Shown here in pieces: positions 1 to 13,985 of a stretch of 64,000 bases of DNA. The stretch comes from the human T2T-CHM13v2.0 reference genome, Homo sapiens: assembly GCF_009914755.1 (NCBI RefSeq), contig NC_060926.1, one strand, 5' to 3'. The notes under the pieces were generated by a model, which was not told the DNA's origin, ran no database searches, and saw nothing but the letters and a program-made list of their open reading frames with translations. A program made the translations under genes and the position numbers. The stretch's first letter is position 1. Every line of letters begins with the position of its first letter.

Positions 1-2
1 GG

Positions 3-474
<472 letters not shown>

Positions 475-789
475 TCACCTGTAGTAGCAACCGAGGAGAA
501 TTTATTATTATTATTATTATTTTACTAGATTCATGCATTCAATGGCAGTGGCAAGCTTTTGGCATCATTTTGAAAACTGATTGTACTTGTAAAACTGACA
601 TAGCAACCCAACTGGTTAGATTATGCTCTTAATAAGGTCATGGGTTCTAGCCTCACATGTATCAACAATGTTTTTATTATTCATGTCCAATGACTTCATT
701 CTGGAATCTAAGCCAGTTATCCAAAATACATGCTTCTAGTCTCAAAGACAACTGACCGAGAAAGTGTAGGTGAGTCAGCAAGAGACAAT

Positions 790-990
790 ATGGTACAGTG
801 GAAAGGAATGAGATTGTTCAGAGTCCCAACTCCCCCACTCACTAGGAGTTTGATTTGAGGCAAGTTGCTTAAACAATCCTCAAAATGGGGATAATGATAA
901 TATCTACATCCTAGGGCAATTATGAAGAGTAAGTGAGACAATGCATATAAAGCTCTTAGCAAAGAGTTCTCAATACTTCTTGGTTATTAT
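790..990 (+). mobile_element. MIR fragment
   Basis: MIR-core-like text (aaaatggggataatgataatatctacatcctaggg...aatgcatataaagctcttagc); boundaries approximate. Confidence 0.65.
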
Positions 991-1216
991 TATGTCATTA
1001 TTTATTATTATTGGCATAAGTCCATTTGCTGGGAGGGTCCAACATACATAAAGTTGAGTCACTAACATAAGATTCCAATATAAAGGACAGCAAGTGGGCC
1101 TTGATTTTTAGAGCCGTCATTTGTTCCTCAAGAATCCCTGAGGCACCAGAAAAGGATGACAGTTTTGCTCTGGGAGACGTGCTAAATGGCTAGGAGCTAT
1201 TGCTAAGAGTGTGACC

Positions 1217-1540
<324 letters not shown>

Positions 1541-2002
1541 TCAACTGCCTTCTTTTCATAAGGGCAAATTTCAATAGCAAGCACCACATGTGTTTTAAAA
1601 TACTATCTATTCAAATGTTACATAAAGCCAGGCCCTGAATCTCACTGGCAGAACCTAAGTTTATGAGTTATATCTTCTATAAGCTTTTCTATAAGCCGGT
1701 GATAATTCTTACATAAGCATCTCCAAGCCTGCAGCTTCACTCTAACAGGGTCCACATGAATGAATCTTTCTCTATTTTTGGTTGACCAGTTTTCACAGAA
1801 GACGCTGTGTCCTGTAGGTTACAGATCCCTCTTATAAACATCAAGATTTTCATTTCCCTTAAAACTGAGGTTTTGAAAAATCCTACACAAATATATCAGG
1901 ATATATTTTCAAAGGTCCAGGAAAAGTTCTTTTCTAAGATTTAGTTCAGTGAAAATGCCACATTAGATTGATCACATACTCAGAATGGAATTGACAACTC
2001 AC

Positions 2003-2110
2003 GTCACTGATGATGTCCCTGGAGGCCTTGGCCGCCACGATGGGGATGGCGTCGCTTCGCAAGTCATAGCCTTTCTTCTTTGCTTCTTCATTAGCAAGTT
2101 TGTACAGACT
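2003..2110 (-). CDS. NEB: Nebulin exon 64 (108 nt)
   Basis: [36 protein letters not shown]; TTTAG acceptor, GTGAGT donor. Confidence 0.96.
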
Positions 2111-2273
2111 CTAAATTTGGGGGAAAAAAAATCAGATGCTGACATTTATATCTAAAAACTGACAGAGGACTAAGACAATTCACTAAGTTCTCCACAGACA
2201 GTGCCTATAATAATCTTTCTTTTGAGAGTTCTAAGCCTTCTGCATGTTTGTTGAAGTGAAGACTCAAAAATGA

Positions 2274-2583
<310 letters not shown>

Positions 2584-2789
2584 AGATACCCATAAAGCCC
2601 AATGCACCTTTATTTTTTACTTTAAAAATTATGTTGAATTAAGTATATATACATATTACAGGTTGTTTTAAAAAATTTTAGTTAAAACAATAAATCCAGT
2701 TTAAAAATTACAGGAAAAATTAAGCTGAAACTCATAGTTCTAGCATGGTAAAATGTGGGTGGGAGGGAAAGGCTTAACTGTTGATCATG

Positions 2790-3290
2790 GCAATCAATTC
2801 AACTCACATTTATTCTGCCCTGACCCTGTGTCTCTGACTGTGCGGGGTACTTGGGAATCAAAGATGAGGTTGAGACCCCTCTCAACCTAAAGGTTCCTGG
2901 GAGAACTGATGGAGAGACTGATAACCTGTGGAAGCAACTGCTGAAAAGTCAAACCACACTAATAATGAAGAGCTCCAGGAAGGAGTCATTTATTCTGAAC
3001 TGAGAATCAGGGAAGTTCTTGAAGATGGGGTGACCTTTGAGTTAGACTTTGAGCAGAGTTTCAGTAGACTAAGGTGGCATCAAGTGCAGAGGAAATCACG
3101 TGAATCAAGGCACCACTGTGGAGGGGAAGCGGAGGGGTGTTGAAGGAAGTGGGTGAGGCCCCAGGGAGGAGTTCACAGGAGAGGGCTGAGAATAGCCCAG
3201 AGTTGGACTGTGAACGCCTCATTCTAAGAAGTTGGTGTTTAATTCTACAGAAAATAGGAAAGCAGCCAAAAAGTTCTCTTCTTTTTAACA
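2790..3290 (+). mobile_element. Degraded L2-like fragment
   Basis: L2-like text (caattcaactcacatttatt...gtgacctttgagttagactttga); boundaries approximate. Confidence 0.45.
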
Positions 3291-4573
3291 TCAGAGGGGA
3301 GCGCCCATGGCAGCGTCCCAGTCTGGGTGGGTGGAATAGGGGGTTGCGGGCAAAATGGGGAAGGGCACCTGGGCCTCCTGGGACTGGCAGCCGAGTAGCC
3401 GCACTAACACATCTCTGAGCTTTTTCAGCAAAGACAGAGTTGAGAAATCCAGAAATGCTGACTAGCTAGACACAGGGGGAGCCCTTTGTTTCCTGAAATT
3501 CTTGCACATGTAATGCATGGTTTCCTGTAACAGGACCTATATTATAGGTTTGGCTAATAATTCAGTCCTTTCTGACAGGGGAGTAAGACTTGATGTTTTT
3601 AGTTTTTGGTGACAATTAAAAGCTAGCTATACAAGCACTAAAATTACAGTCTCACTTCCAAAATAATTACTTAAGATGGTGGCAATTCCATCTAAATTCT
3701 CTAAATTATGCTCTGTGTGTTGATTTATGCTGCCAAATAAACAATATTTTCCTTGCTGGTGGCACAAAGCCAGGTGAAATAACTAACACATCAGCTGACA
3801 GAATCTTAGATTCACAAAAATCTCCACAGGCTTATACCCACAGGCTCAGTCTAAGAAGAAGAAATTACAGAGATAAATGCCAATCTTTGAACAGAGATAA
3901 ATTACCAAACGCATAAATGCAGGATGGAAGAAACCTAACTTTAGTCCACATAAGATGTCTTAGAGTTTAAGTTGGTCTCAAGTTCTGTGTGCACCAGCAG
4001 TGACAGCTGCCAATGTATCCTGGGAGCACAGGATGCAGAATAGAGGTCATATGTCCAGAAGAGGAAATACGATAGTTAAGTGTATTCTACATCAGTCATT
4101 CCCCACTCATAGTATTTTGCTCAGTTCTGAGAGTCACATTTTACTAGTGATGTCATGTGAGGAATGCCCCGCAGCTTGGGATATTGGATTTGAAGGTGAA
4201 CCTGGGGTGAAGGTGGCAGGGGAGGCACCCTGGTGCTGCTCTCCATCTCTGGGGGTTGGCACAGATTTGTTCTGTGCAGCTTCAGAGGACTATGTGAGTT
4301 TACAGAGAGAAATGTTGTGACTCAATACATCAGAAGCTTTCTCATAAATTTTCCAGAACGAATGGACTGATTTATGAGATCAGCTCCTTGTCACTGGGAA
4401 CCCTTAAGCAAAGGCAGGTCAAAAACCTATTTGTGGGGAGGGGTACCTTTGCACTAGGGTGGAGGCTTGACTCTCTGCCTAAGCCTCTATGATTCTGGAA
4501 TGATGGCACGTGGCCCTGTGCACACTGAAAGTGAAAGGAAATGGGCTTGCTAATATTTACACTGACAGATATT

Positions 4574-4580
4574 TCTCTCT

Positions 4581-4612
<32 letters not shown>
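4574..4612. repeat. (TC)n(TG)n microsatellite
   Basis: tctctctctc followed by about 14 TG units. Confidence 0.95.
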
Positions 4613-4616
<4 letters not shown>

Positions 4617-5053
4617 TACCTGGTAGTACTGTGGATTTTAGTTCTTGCCTTTAATCTTATATACTAAAAATCTTAAATTTGGATCCTAAACCACACTTAG
4701 GAACAATATATGGAAAATATATTTACTACAGTTATGCTTTAGCATAAAGGGGAGATACATGTATAGGTCAATTGCTAATATCCTAACTTCAAAAAAATAA
4801 TAAAAGAAAATGGTCTACATAATCTCATGGTTACAGCTTAAATAATTAGTTCATGTCATTTGTATTTCCTAAATGATAATTCATATTGCATAAAGTTTGA
4901 CATTTATGATGGTGATTGAGAAATGCAAGAGTTGTTATTCACATGAAACATGAAAAAGATTCTTTCTAAAGCTGTCATTTGGTATCATGTCATCATAGAG
5001 TAGATCAACTGAAATAAGCAGCAGTGTGCAAATGTCAAAGAATCTGCTCTCAC

Positions 5054-5158
5054 CTCACTGTAGTTGATTTTGTTCATTCTTGCCAACATAATTTCTGGTG
5101 TGTCTGGCATTATGTGGATCTGAGTCTTGTCTTTGTCCCAGGCTTCTGTGTATAAACG
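5054..5158 (-). CDS. NEB: Nebulin exon 63 (105 nt)
   Basis: [35 protein letters not shown]; AG/GT boundaries. Confidence 0.96.
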
Positions 5159-5630
5159 CTATCAAAAAAAATACACAAATTCATCAGGAAAAAAGTTCTG
5201 TGTATAGTTAATAGGAATTTTAGGGCCACAAAAACTTTATAAAAAAAAAGAAAAGGTTATGTGTTTTATACACATTATGTGTTTTATGCACATCTTCGGG
5301 TAATAAGTTCATAAAGGAATGTGTATTTATAAATGCCTTCTAATAATCTGAAATGTATGTTAACAAAAGGAAAATGAGAATAAGCATATTTTATGCAGAC
5401 TATTTTTTGATAAAATATGCTACTTTATCAAAATCATGAAACAATGACTAAATATCAAAATATACATGATATATATCAGTTATTAATAGATAGATGAGAA
5501 GCCAATAGATACATAGACAGATAGATAGATGCCTTTTATTACTCAATGTTCTTTCTTTCCTCATTAATGTTTCTTTTTTGTTGATTCAGCTTTAGGAGCC
5601 CCACTTCGATTCTTAATTTTGAAGTCTCAC

Positions 5631-5834
5631 CTTGTTCATAGTGATGGCATTATTTTTGGCCAACACTTGTTCCAGAGAGTCAGTCACACTGGTAAATTTG
5701 AATCTGTCTGGAGGCTGGCGATAGATTTTATCACTCAAAATTTCAGTTGCCCTTTTGCATTTTTCCACATCCAAAGAGCCAATGGACACCCAGCCAATGC
5801 CTCTCATCCACTGGAGATCAGACTTGTACATATT
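5631..5834 (-). CDS. NEB: Nebulin exon 62 (204 nt)
   Basis: [15 protein letters not shown]...ITMNK; AG/GT boundaries. Confidence 0.96.
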
Positions 5835-6128
5835 CTGTTGACACAAATAGCCAATAAATATTTATCTCTGTATCAGCAATGCATTTTCATCTGAAGGATA
5901 AGAGATCAAGTAAAAGCACTCTCAAAATTTAGTTTGGTGGACGGGCCAGGTATCACACAATATTCCTCTTTGGTCTGAAGGGTTAAAGGATTAAAATTCC
6001 TGTCGATAAAGGCAATGCTATTTGCCTCCTCCAGGGGCTGGTGAGCTTGTGCCATATATTGCCATTTTCTCCAAGGGGTGTTAAATAATTTCCCACCTCT
6101 GCACGTTATTATGACTCTCAGTACTCAC

Positions 6129-6440
6129 ATCGCTCTGGAGGTCATAGGCCTGCCGAGCATGGATGACGTCGCTCTGGTCGGGCAGGCATGTCCACTGGTG
6201 CAGGTAGTTCTTGTAGTCCACATCGCTGACTAAGGTCTGGCACTTCTTGGCCAGCACCACCCCCAGCATGTCCACTGGGCTGCTGAACTTGGTCTTCCAC
6301 TTCTCAAAGTCCTTCTTGTACTCCCTGTCACTCTGGATCTTGGCCACGTGCATGGACCACATCATCTTGGGGTCATCACGTATAGCTCGGGCACCAATGT
6401 GGTGGCCGAGCTGCTTACGATAGCCTTCTTTGTACTTGAA
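6129..6440 (-). CDS. NEB: Nebulin exon 61 (312 nt)
   Basis: [16 protein letters not shown]...YDLQSD; AG/GT boundaries. Confidence 0.96.
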
Positions 6441-6653
6441 CTAAAAGAAGAAAAAGACAGATAGTCATCTGTTTTAACTTTTAGTAAAAAGCAATCACTA
6501 AGCCTAACTTGCTCTATTTATTAAAAAAAAAATTTTCCCTGAATATGTAAATTATATGATAGATGTAGAAACAATTTAGAAAATAAATATAGCACATATC
6601 ATCACATATGAAATATATATCTTATATAAAATATATACCATATAGATAGGCAT

Positions 6654-6903
6654 TACTTTAATACATTCTTTAATGTGAAAGTCATTCTGTTAGAATTTAG
6701 AATTTGTTTTTAAAATATTTAATTTTTAGATGTATAAATTTCAGGAGATTATGCTGCAATGACAATGACAATAAAAATGAAATTCTCCTGCATGGGTTTT
6801 ATATGCTCAATGATCCAAAATTTCATTGAGTATCTACTATGTGTCAGGCACAATTCTAGATAAGTACCGCAGATTCAATAAAAATTATCTTTGCCTGCAA
6901 AGA
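6654..6903 (+). repeat. 250-bp intronic direct repeat, copy A (partner 11373-11622)
   Basis: Ungapped alignment at offset 4,719, about 18 mismatches by hand count. Confidence 0.93.
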
Positions 6904-7094
6904 ATGTGTGTATATTTATACACACAGAAAAAAAAGAAAAATTAAGATGTAATTCTGCCACTAAAATAATTTGTTATGATTCGTGTGTGAGAATATAATT
7001 AGAAGTCATATTGTATATGGGTTTGTGCCTGCTCTTTTCAGTTATTATATAAGCATTTCTATGTGTCATTAAATAGTCTTTGCACACATGACTG

Positions 7095-7403
7095 TTTTTT
7101 TTGTTTTGTTTTGTTTTGTATTTTAGAAAGCATCTCTCTCTGTTGCCCAGGTTGGAGTGCAGTGGTACAATCATGTCTCACTGCAACCTCCAACTCTTGG
7201 GCTGAAGTGATCCTCCCACCTCAGCTTCTGAGTAGCTAGCACTACAGGCATGCGCCATCACACCTGGCTAATTTTTAAGTTTTTTGTAGAGATAGTGCCT
7301 TGCTATGTTGACCAGGCTGGTCTCAAACTCCTGCCCTTAAGTGATCCTCCCGCCTTGACCTCCCAAAGCACTGGGATTACAGGTGTGAGCCATGGTGCCT
7401 GAC
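7095..7403 (-). mobile_element. AluJ-like
   Basis: T-rich tail followed by reverse-complement Alu ending gccatggtgcctgacc. Confidence 0.92.
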
Positions 7404-7593
7404 CTATACACATGATTTTTAATGACAGGTAGGTATTTCATTATATGGTATTTAACCCTTCTGTGATTGTCATTTATTCTTAAATTATGATTACTTCCCA
7501 TATTTTGGAAATAAAGAAAAAAATCTAGAGTTTTTTTTATTCATAGACAAAAGAAATGGAAAGATAAAAATTTTTAGAAATGTGAGCAAATCC

Positions 7594-7860
7594 TTTATTT
7601 ATTATACTTTAAGTTCTAGGGTACATGTGCACAACGTGCAGGTTTGTTACATATGTATATATGTGCCATGTTGGTGTGCTGCACCCATTAACTGATCATT
7701 TACGTTAGGTATATCTCCTAATGCTATCCCTCCTCCCTCCCCCCATCCTATGACAGGCCCCAGTGTGTGATGTTCCCCACCCTGTGTCCATGTGTTCTCA
7801 TTGTTCAATTCCCACCTATGAGTGAGAACATGCAGTGTTTGATTTTCTGTCCTTGTGACA
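7594..7860 (-). mobile_element. 5'-truncated L1PA 3' end
   Basis: ttatactttaagttctagggtacatgtgcacaacgtgcagg L1 3'UTR; exact 12-bp TSD GTGAGCAAATCC at 7582-7593 and 7861-7872. Confidence 0.95.
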
Positions 7861-8347
7861 GTGAGCAAATCCATCTTTTAAAGAAAGCAAATATTTGTAA
7901 CCCACCACCTGATATAGAAACAAACATGTTCCACAGGAATCGTTGAACTTTGAGTAATGTGTCCTATAATTCAGCCCTTGTAGATTCATTGGTTCATACA
8001 GCATAGGTTGGGTTTTGAAGGAACCCTACAATAAGCTCAATTGTATATGAGAGATACATCATTGGAAAAGCCAAAAAAATTATCTGAACTATAGTCAAGT
8101 ATCTAATACTTTTGTTCAGCAGGAAACGGACATGTTTTGAAATGCATGTTGCTATGGACTCAACAATAACTTGAATTTGGCCTTTCTGTTGATAACTCTA
8201 TTACCATTATTTTAAACCATTCATCGAAACAATAAACTGTTAGCAACAGCTTTAACCTCATGGCTTACTTGTGCCACTATAAATCCAGGAGAGAGAAATA
8301 AATCTTTGAGCCAAAGCTAAGGCAAATAACTTTCCAAGTATACTTAC

Positions 8348-8455
8348 TTCACTTGCAATATCTCTGGAGGCCTTGGCTGCCTTGATAGGAATGGCATCTA
8401 CCCGCATGTCATAACCTTTCCTCTTGGCTTCTTCTAGGCCAAGCTTATACAATTT
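8348..8455 (-). CDS. NEB: Nebulin exon 60 (108 nt)
   Basis: [17 protein letters not shown]...RDIASE; AG/GT boundaries. Confidence 0.96.
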
Positions 8456-8538
8456 CTAAAATAGACATTAATAGTAAGTTGGATTTATAAAGTGCATTGT
8501 AAGGAAAATGTATCACGCACTATGAATATATTACTTAC

Positions 8539-8643
8539 CTCACTGTAATTTACTTTGTTTTGTTTAGCTAATAAAACTTCAGGGGTATCTGGCATAATGT
8601 GGACAGTGGTTTTATCTTTATCCCAAGCTTCTGTATAGAGGCG
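8539..8643 (-). CDS. NEB: Nebulin exon 59 (105 nt)
   Basis: [35 protein letters not shown]; AG/GT boundaries. Confidence 0.96.
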
Positions 8644-8923
8644 CTAAGAGAAACAGAAAAACATGACTGGTATAGGCCAGTAATAAATAGACACATGCAG
8701 ACAGTCTGATTTTTAATGAGAATCAAGAATTTCAGCTCAGTGAATCGGTATTTGTGACATTTTCAGGTCTAAATGTCTTGTGTCAATAAGAAGCACAATA
8801 CTTTAAAACCACATTAGTACCAAGCAAAGGAATCAAAAACAAGTTTTCTTTTATACAAACAGACTTCAGTGTTTCCATAAACAAAAAAAATTAATAACCT
8901 CCTCAAACAAACATAGGACTTAC

Positions 8924-9127
8924 ATGATTCATGGTAATAGCATTGTTTTTTGCCAAAACCATTGGTATGGAATCCATAAGGCTGGAAAACTTAAATTGAT
9001 CTGGGTGCTGACGGTAAACATGGTCACTCAAAATCTGGGTGGCTCGTTTATTTTTCTCATCCTCGAGAGAACCACTAGTCATCCAGCCAATGCCTTTTAG
9101 CCACTGAAGGTCTGACTTGTACAAATT
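8924..9127 (-). CDS. NEB: Nebulin exon 58 (204 nt)
   Basis: NLYKSDLQWLKGIGW...ITMNH; AG/GT boundaries. Confidence 0.96.
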
Positions 9128-9591
9128 CTGAAAGTGCAAGTGACAAATTTGTCATAATTAAATCATTTATCACAATTTGTCATAATTTGTCATAATTAAA
9201 TCATTTGCCCCTAAATAAAAGTTCATATTATACTCTATATTTTTAATACTTGAATTATTAGAAAATTCTAAATTTTTGGTATGAATTATAAATCAACAAA
9301 ATATTCAGATTAAAAGCATATTTTGAAAAACATTTTAAACAGAAGCACATAGGAAAGGACTCAATCCTTTGATTGTCTAGCTCGACAATCTAGAGGCTTC
9401 CACCAAAGCAATGGGGCTTTGCTGGCTCTTTCTTTGTGGAATAATGGTGCCTCCAGATGTCTGGGTGACTAGATGCGCTTGGGCATTAGTCCAGGGTAAT
9501 TGTGTAAACTCAACTCTGCTCACTATGGGACTCTGATACTTTAAAAAGCAGACATAATGTTTTGTTGGCCAAAGGAAAATCTTAGACTCAC

Positions 9592-9903
9592 ATCGCTCTG
9601 GAGGTCATAGGCCTGCCGAGCATGGATGACATCGCTCTGGTCGGGCAGGCATGTCCACTGGTGCAGGTAGTTCTTGTAGTCCACGTCGCTGACTAAGGTC
9701 TGGCACTTGTTGGCCAACACCACCCCCAGCATGTCCACTGGGCTGCTGAACTTGGTCTTCCACTTCTCAAAGTCCTTCTTGTACTCCCTGTCACTCTGGA
9801 TCTTGGCCACATGCATGGACCACATCATCTTGGGGTCATCTTCAATGTTCCGGGCACCAATGTGGTGGCCGAGCTGCTTGCGAAAGCCTTCCTTGTACTT
9901 GTA
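9592..9903 (-). CDS. NEB: Nebulin exon 57 (312 nt)
   Basis: [16 protein letters not shown]...YDLQSD; AG/GT boundaries. Confidence 0.96.
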
Positions 9904-10241
9904 CTAGAGAAAAAAAATGTGTCTCATTCCTTTCAAAATTTACTTCTGTTGCCATCTTTGTGGCAAATTACAAAGCGCATTAACTCTAAATATTTTACTA
10001 AGCCTAGAGAGCCAAAGACTTCAGTCTTTTGATAAGAAAGATTAAAGGCTAAATTCAGCTATGAAATTCCATACATAATAAATGCATCCTTGATCTTATC
10101 CTCATCCCACACTGCATGGGATCATTTTATTCCACTGTAATTTGTTACCCCTTAGATTTTGTTCAATTTAAAATTAAATTGAGACTGCTTTGAAGTGATA
10201 AATTGCAATCAAATCAATATCAACAGAGGATAAAATCTTAC

Positions 10242-10349
10242 TTCACTGGCAATTTCCCGGGAGGCTTTTGCTGCTTTGATTGGTATGGCATCAACAGGAA
10301 GATCGTAACCTTTTCTCTTCAGCTCCTCATAACCCATTCGGTAGAGTTT
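10242..10349 (-). CDS. NEB: Nebulin exon 56 (108 nt)
   Basis: [17 protein letters not shown]...REIASE; AG/GT boundaries. Confidence 0.96.
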
Positions 10350-10573
10350 CTGTTAAGAAATGAAGATCATTTTGGGAAATACTGTTCCCCATAGACAAAT
10401 ATAGCATAATGATCAAATGTGCTAAATATTTTGAGTCCATGAGAATAGCATCTGTGCCCTAAAATACTCAAATGTAATTAGAAATTATGCCCATTGATTG
10501 CTAATGATCCTGTTTTAAACTTTAAAGCTCTTCAATTACCTAAATCAGCAAAATTGTCAGCTCTTCCCAAATA

Positions 10574-10915
10574 CAGTCATGCATTGGTTAATGACAAAGA
10601 TACATTCCGAGAAATGTATTGTTAGGTGATTTTGTCCTTGTGGGAACATCACAGAGTGTACTTATGCAATCCTAGATGGTACGGCCTAGTACACACCTAG
10701 GCTATATGGTATAGCCTATTCCTCCTAGGCTACAAACCTGTAGAGCATGTTAGTGTAGGCCACTGTAACACAATGGGAAGTATTAATATTTGTCTATCTA
10801 AATATAGCTAAACATGGAAAAGATACCGCAAAAATACAGTATGATTATGTTACGGGACCACCGTCCTGTATGTGTGCCTTTGTTGGCCAAACTGTTGTTA
10901 TACAGTGCATGTCTA
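10574..10915 (+). mobile_element. Tigger3a-like TcMar DNA transposon fossil
   Basis: CAGTCATGC terminus and internal acacacctaggctatatggtatagcctatt motif, TA-flanked. Confidence 0.8.
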
Positions 10916-11372
10916 TACTTGCAAGAATCAGGCAGAAGTAAAACAATAGAGAAATGAAATGGATTATTATTGAGGTGCTGTTTTTCAATTCACATGGACT
11001 GTTTCATTAGAAGTTTTTGTTAGAAAAGAGCATCTAATTCTTCTAATGGGGAAAAATCATGCCTAAGGGGTTATCTCTTCTATGTAGCTGATGCATTGTG
11101 AAATAGTCTGTCTCCCAAAATGGGACCATCCAAAATAGGATCCACATCTATAGGTAAGATACTGAGTCCACCATAATTTCTAAAACTTATGTTTTGAAGA
11201 AGGTTTAAATAATGAATTTTAAAAGCTTAAGTGAAAGAATTTGTTTTTTCAGATCTGTAACATAATTTAAAAATTGAGAATATGATTTAAATGTACTTTT
11301 ATCCAGAAACCAGATTATTTAAAGTGCCTATTGATCTTGGACTTGTGTTTATCTGTCAGTCCTTCGTGGAAC

Positions 11373-11622
11373 TACTTTAATACATTCTTTAATGTTAAAG
11401 TCATTCTATTAGAATTTAGAATTTGTTTTTAAAATATTTAATTTTCAGATGTATACATTTCAGGAGATTATGCTGCAATGATAATGACAATAAAAATGAG
11501 ATTCTCCTGCGTGGGTTTTGTATGCTCACTGATCCAAAATTTCATTGAGTGTCTACTATGTGTCAGGCACGATTCTAGATAAGCACTGTAGATTCAATAA
11601 GAATTGCCTCTGCCTGCAAAGA
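11373..11622 (+). repeat. 250-bp intronic direct repeat, copy B (partner 6654-6903)
   Basis: About 93% identical to copy A, ungapped. Confidence 0.93.
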
Positions 11623-11903
11623 GTGCCTGTCCACACTGGGAAGAGCAATATAAGCCACCTTATGATGATATGTATAACAACGGACTGCAAGGAACAGAGA
11701 ATACAGACTCCCCATTCTGCCTGACATAGTGAGTACTAACATTTCGATATTCAATCTAAAAGCCACTAAATAAGGAATCTAAGTCATATGTAGTTAATTA
11801 ATTAAAATAATTCAGGGATTCAGAGAACTTCTAGACAATTTCACTGATTTAGAAACAATTAAAATGAGCTTTCTGAAAACACATGCTGAATTTGAAAACT
11901 TAC

Positions 11904-12008
11904 ATCACTTGTGTTGATTAAGTTTGCTTTAGCCAGAACAATGTCAGGTGTATCAGGCATGATGTGGATCTGAGTCTTGTCTTTGTCCCAAGCTTCTCTA
12001 TAAAGTCT
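11904..12008 (-). CDS. NEB: Nebulin exon 55 (105 nt)
   Basis: [35 protein letters not shown]; 35 aa from R to D, fitting the known p.Arg2478_Asp2512 exon. Confidence 0.97.
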
Positions 12009-12434
12009 CTAAAATAAGAAATAATAATTTTTCAGTGGTGTTGTTAGATTAGTGAATGATACAGTTGGCTTCAAACAGAATTGCTGAATTTATCTGAATT
12101 AAACATTATACAGAATTGATATAATAAGCAGACAACATAAGCAGAAAATAGATGCAATATTTCTTGACTTATCTGGGACATAACTGCCTTTCAACACAGA
12201 GATTATGGGTCACATTTTCAAAGTTACAGATAATCCTGCCTACAAGAAATCAATCTAGGTAATTACATGCCTTGCCAATATTATCAAATGAAACAGGCTT
12301 CTCCATCTTCTGGGTTGTGTCCCTCAGTGTTTAATTTAGAGGCAGCCCTTGCCTTTTCAAAAGATGTCTTATTCAAAGCATGCCTAGAAATCAGGAAGTT
12401 TTATTTCCTATGTGGCTTATTGTTATCACTATCA

Positions 12435-12704
12435 TTATTTTGACACAGAGTCTTACACTGCTGCCCAGGCTGGAGTGCAATGGCGCAATCATGGCTCACT
12501 GCAACCTCTGCCTCCTGAGTTCAAGTGATTCTGGTGCCTCAGCCACCTGAGTAGCTAGGATTACAGGCATGTGCCACCATACCCGGCTAATTTTTGTATT
12601 TTTAGTAGAAACAGGGTTTCGCTACGTTGTGCAGGCTGGCCTTGAACTCCCCACCTCAGCCTCCCAAAGTGCTGGGATTACAGGTGTGAGCCACTGTGTC
12701 CAGC
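12435..12704 (-). mobile_element. Alu with small internal deletion
   Basis: Reverse-complement Alu lacking part of the left arm. Confidence 0.9.
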
Positions 12705-12889
12705 TTCTATGTGACTTAGTATTTATAGTTATGCCTCATAATCATTGTGAAGGATTAGGATTCCCAAAAGGATTTTTTGGGGGGGAATTTATCAAGATAT
12801 CTTGGATGTCCCAGAGCCATCCTTATGTCTCTTCAACAGAAGACAAGGGGATCCAAACAAAAGTTTCACAGACTTACTAAAACTAATAA

Positions 12890-13183
<294 letters not shown>

Positions 13184-13189
13184 AAAACT

Positions 13190-13985
13190 AGGAAAATTTG
13201 ATTAAAAACAGAATATTTACACAGGGCAGAATATCTCCCTGCCAGATTACTTATCAATTACAAAGGATAAAATGGTTACTCAACAGTACAGCAACCTGGC
13301 ACCATCACTTTAACCAAGTGTTTAAGTTATTAGTAATAGAACAAATTGATATCCTGTGCCTCCTGATATGAGGTACTGAGGAGGACACAATGTGTGATCT
13401 CCTGCTGAAAAGATAATCTGAGTCTATCACAGGAACCCACCAGAAAACCCAAATGGAGGGAGATTCTACAAAATAACTGACCTATGTTCTTTACGAATGT
13501 CAAAAACTTGGAAGGCAAAGAAACAGTGAGGAACTAGTCCAGAGTAAAGGAGACTAAAGACATAGCAAGTAATGCAACCTGTGGTCTTGGATTAAATCCT
13601 GAGCCAGAGAAAATATTTTCTTTTCTTATAAAGGATATTAGTGATAAAATTGAATAAATTCTGTAGACTAGCAGACCAGTGGAAATTAATTCTGTGATTT
13701 TAATCATCACAATGTGATTATGTGAGTATGTTCTTATTCTTGGGAAATACAGACGGAATATTTAGGCATCATGAAGCAATTTAATTTCTCATATAGATAT
13801 ATAGATATAGATCTGAGAGAAAGAAAGGGAGAAAAAGAGACAAAAAGAGAAAGCAAATGTGGTAAAATTTTAACATTTGGGGAATCTGGGTATATGTATG
13901 CACACACACATACACACATATGTGAATTACATGTACTATTTTTTCAACTTTTCTGAGTGCCTGAAATTATTTCAATAAAAAATTT
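13190..13985 (+). mobile_element. Old L1M (L1MC-like) 3' fragment
   Basis: gtccagagtaaaggagactaaagacatagcaagtaatgcaa resembles an L1MC 3' region; ends in aataaaaa. Confidence 0.6.
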
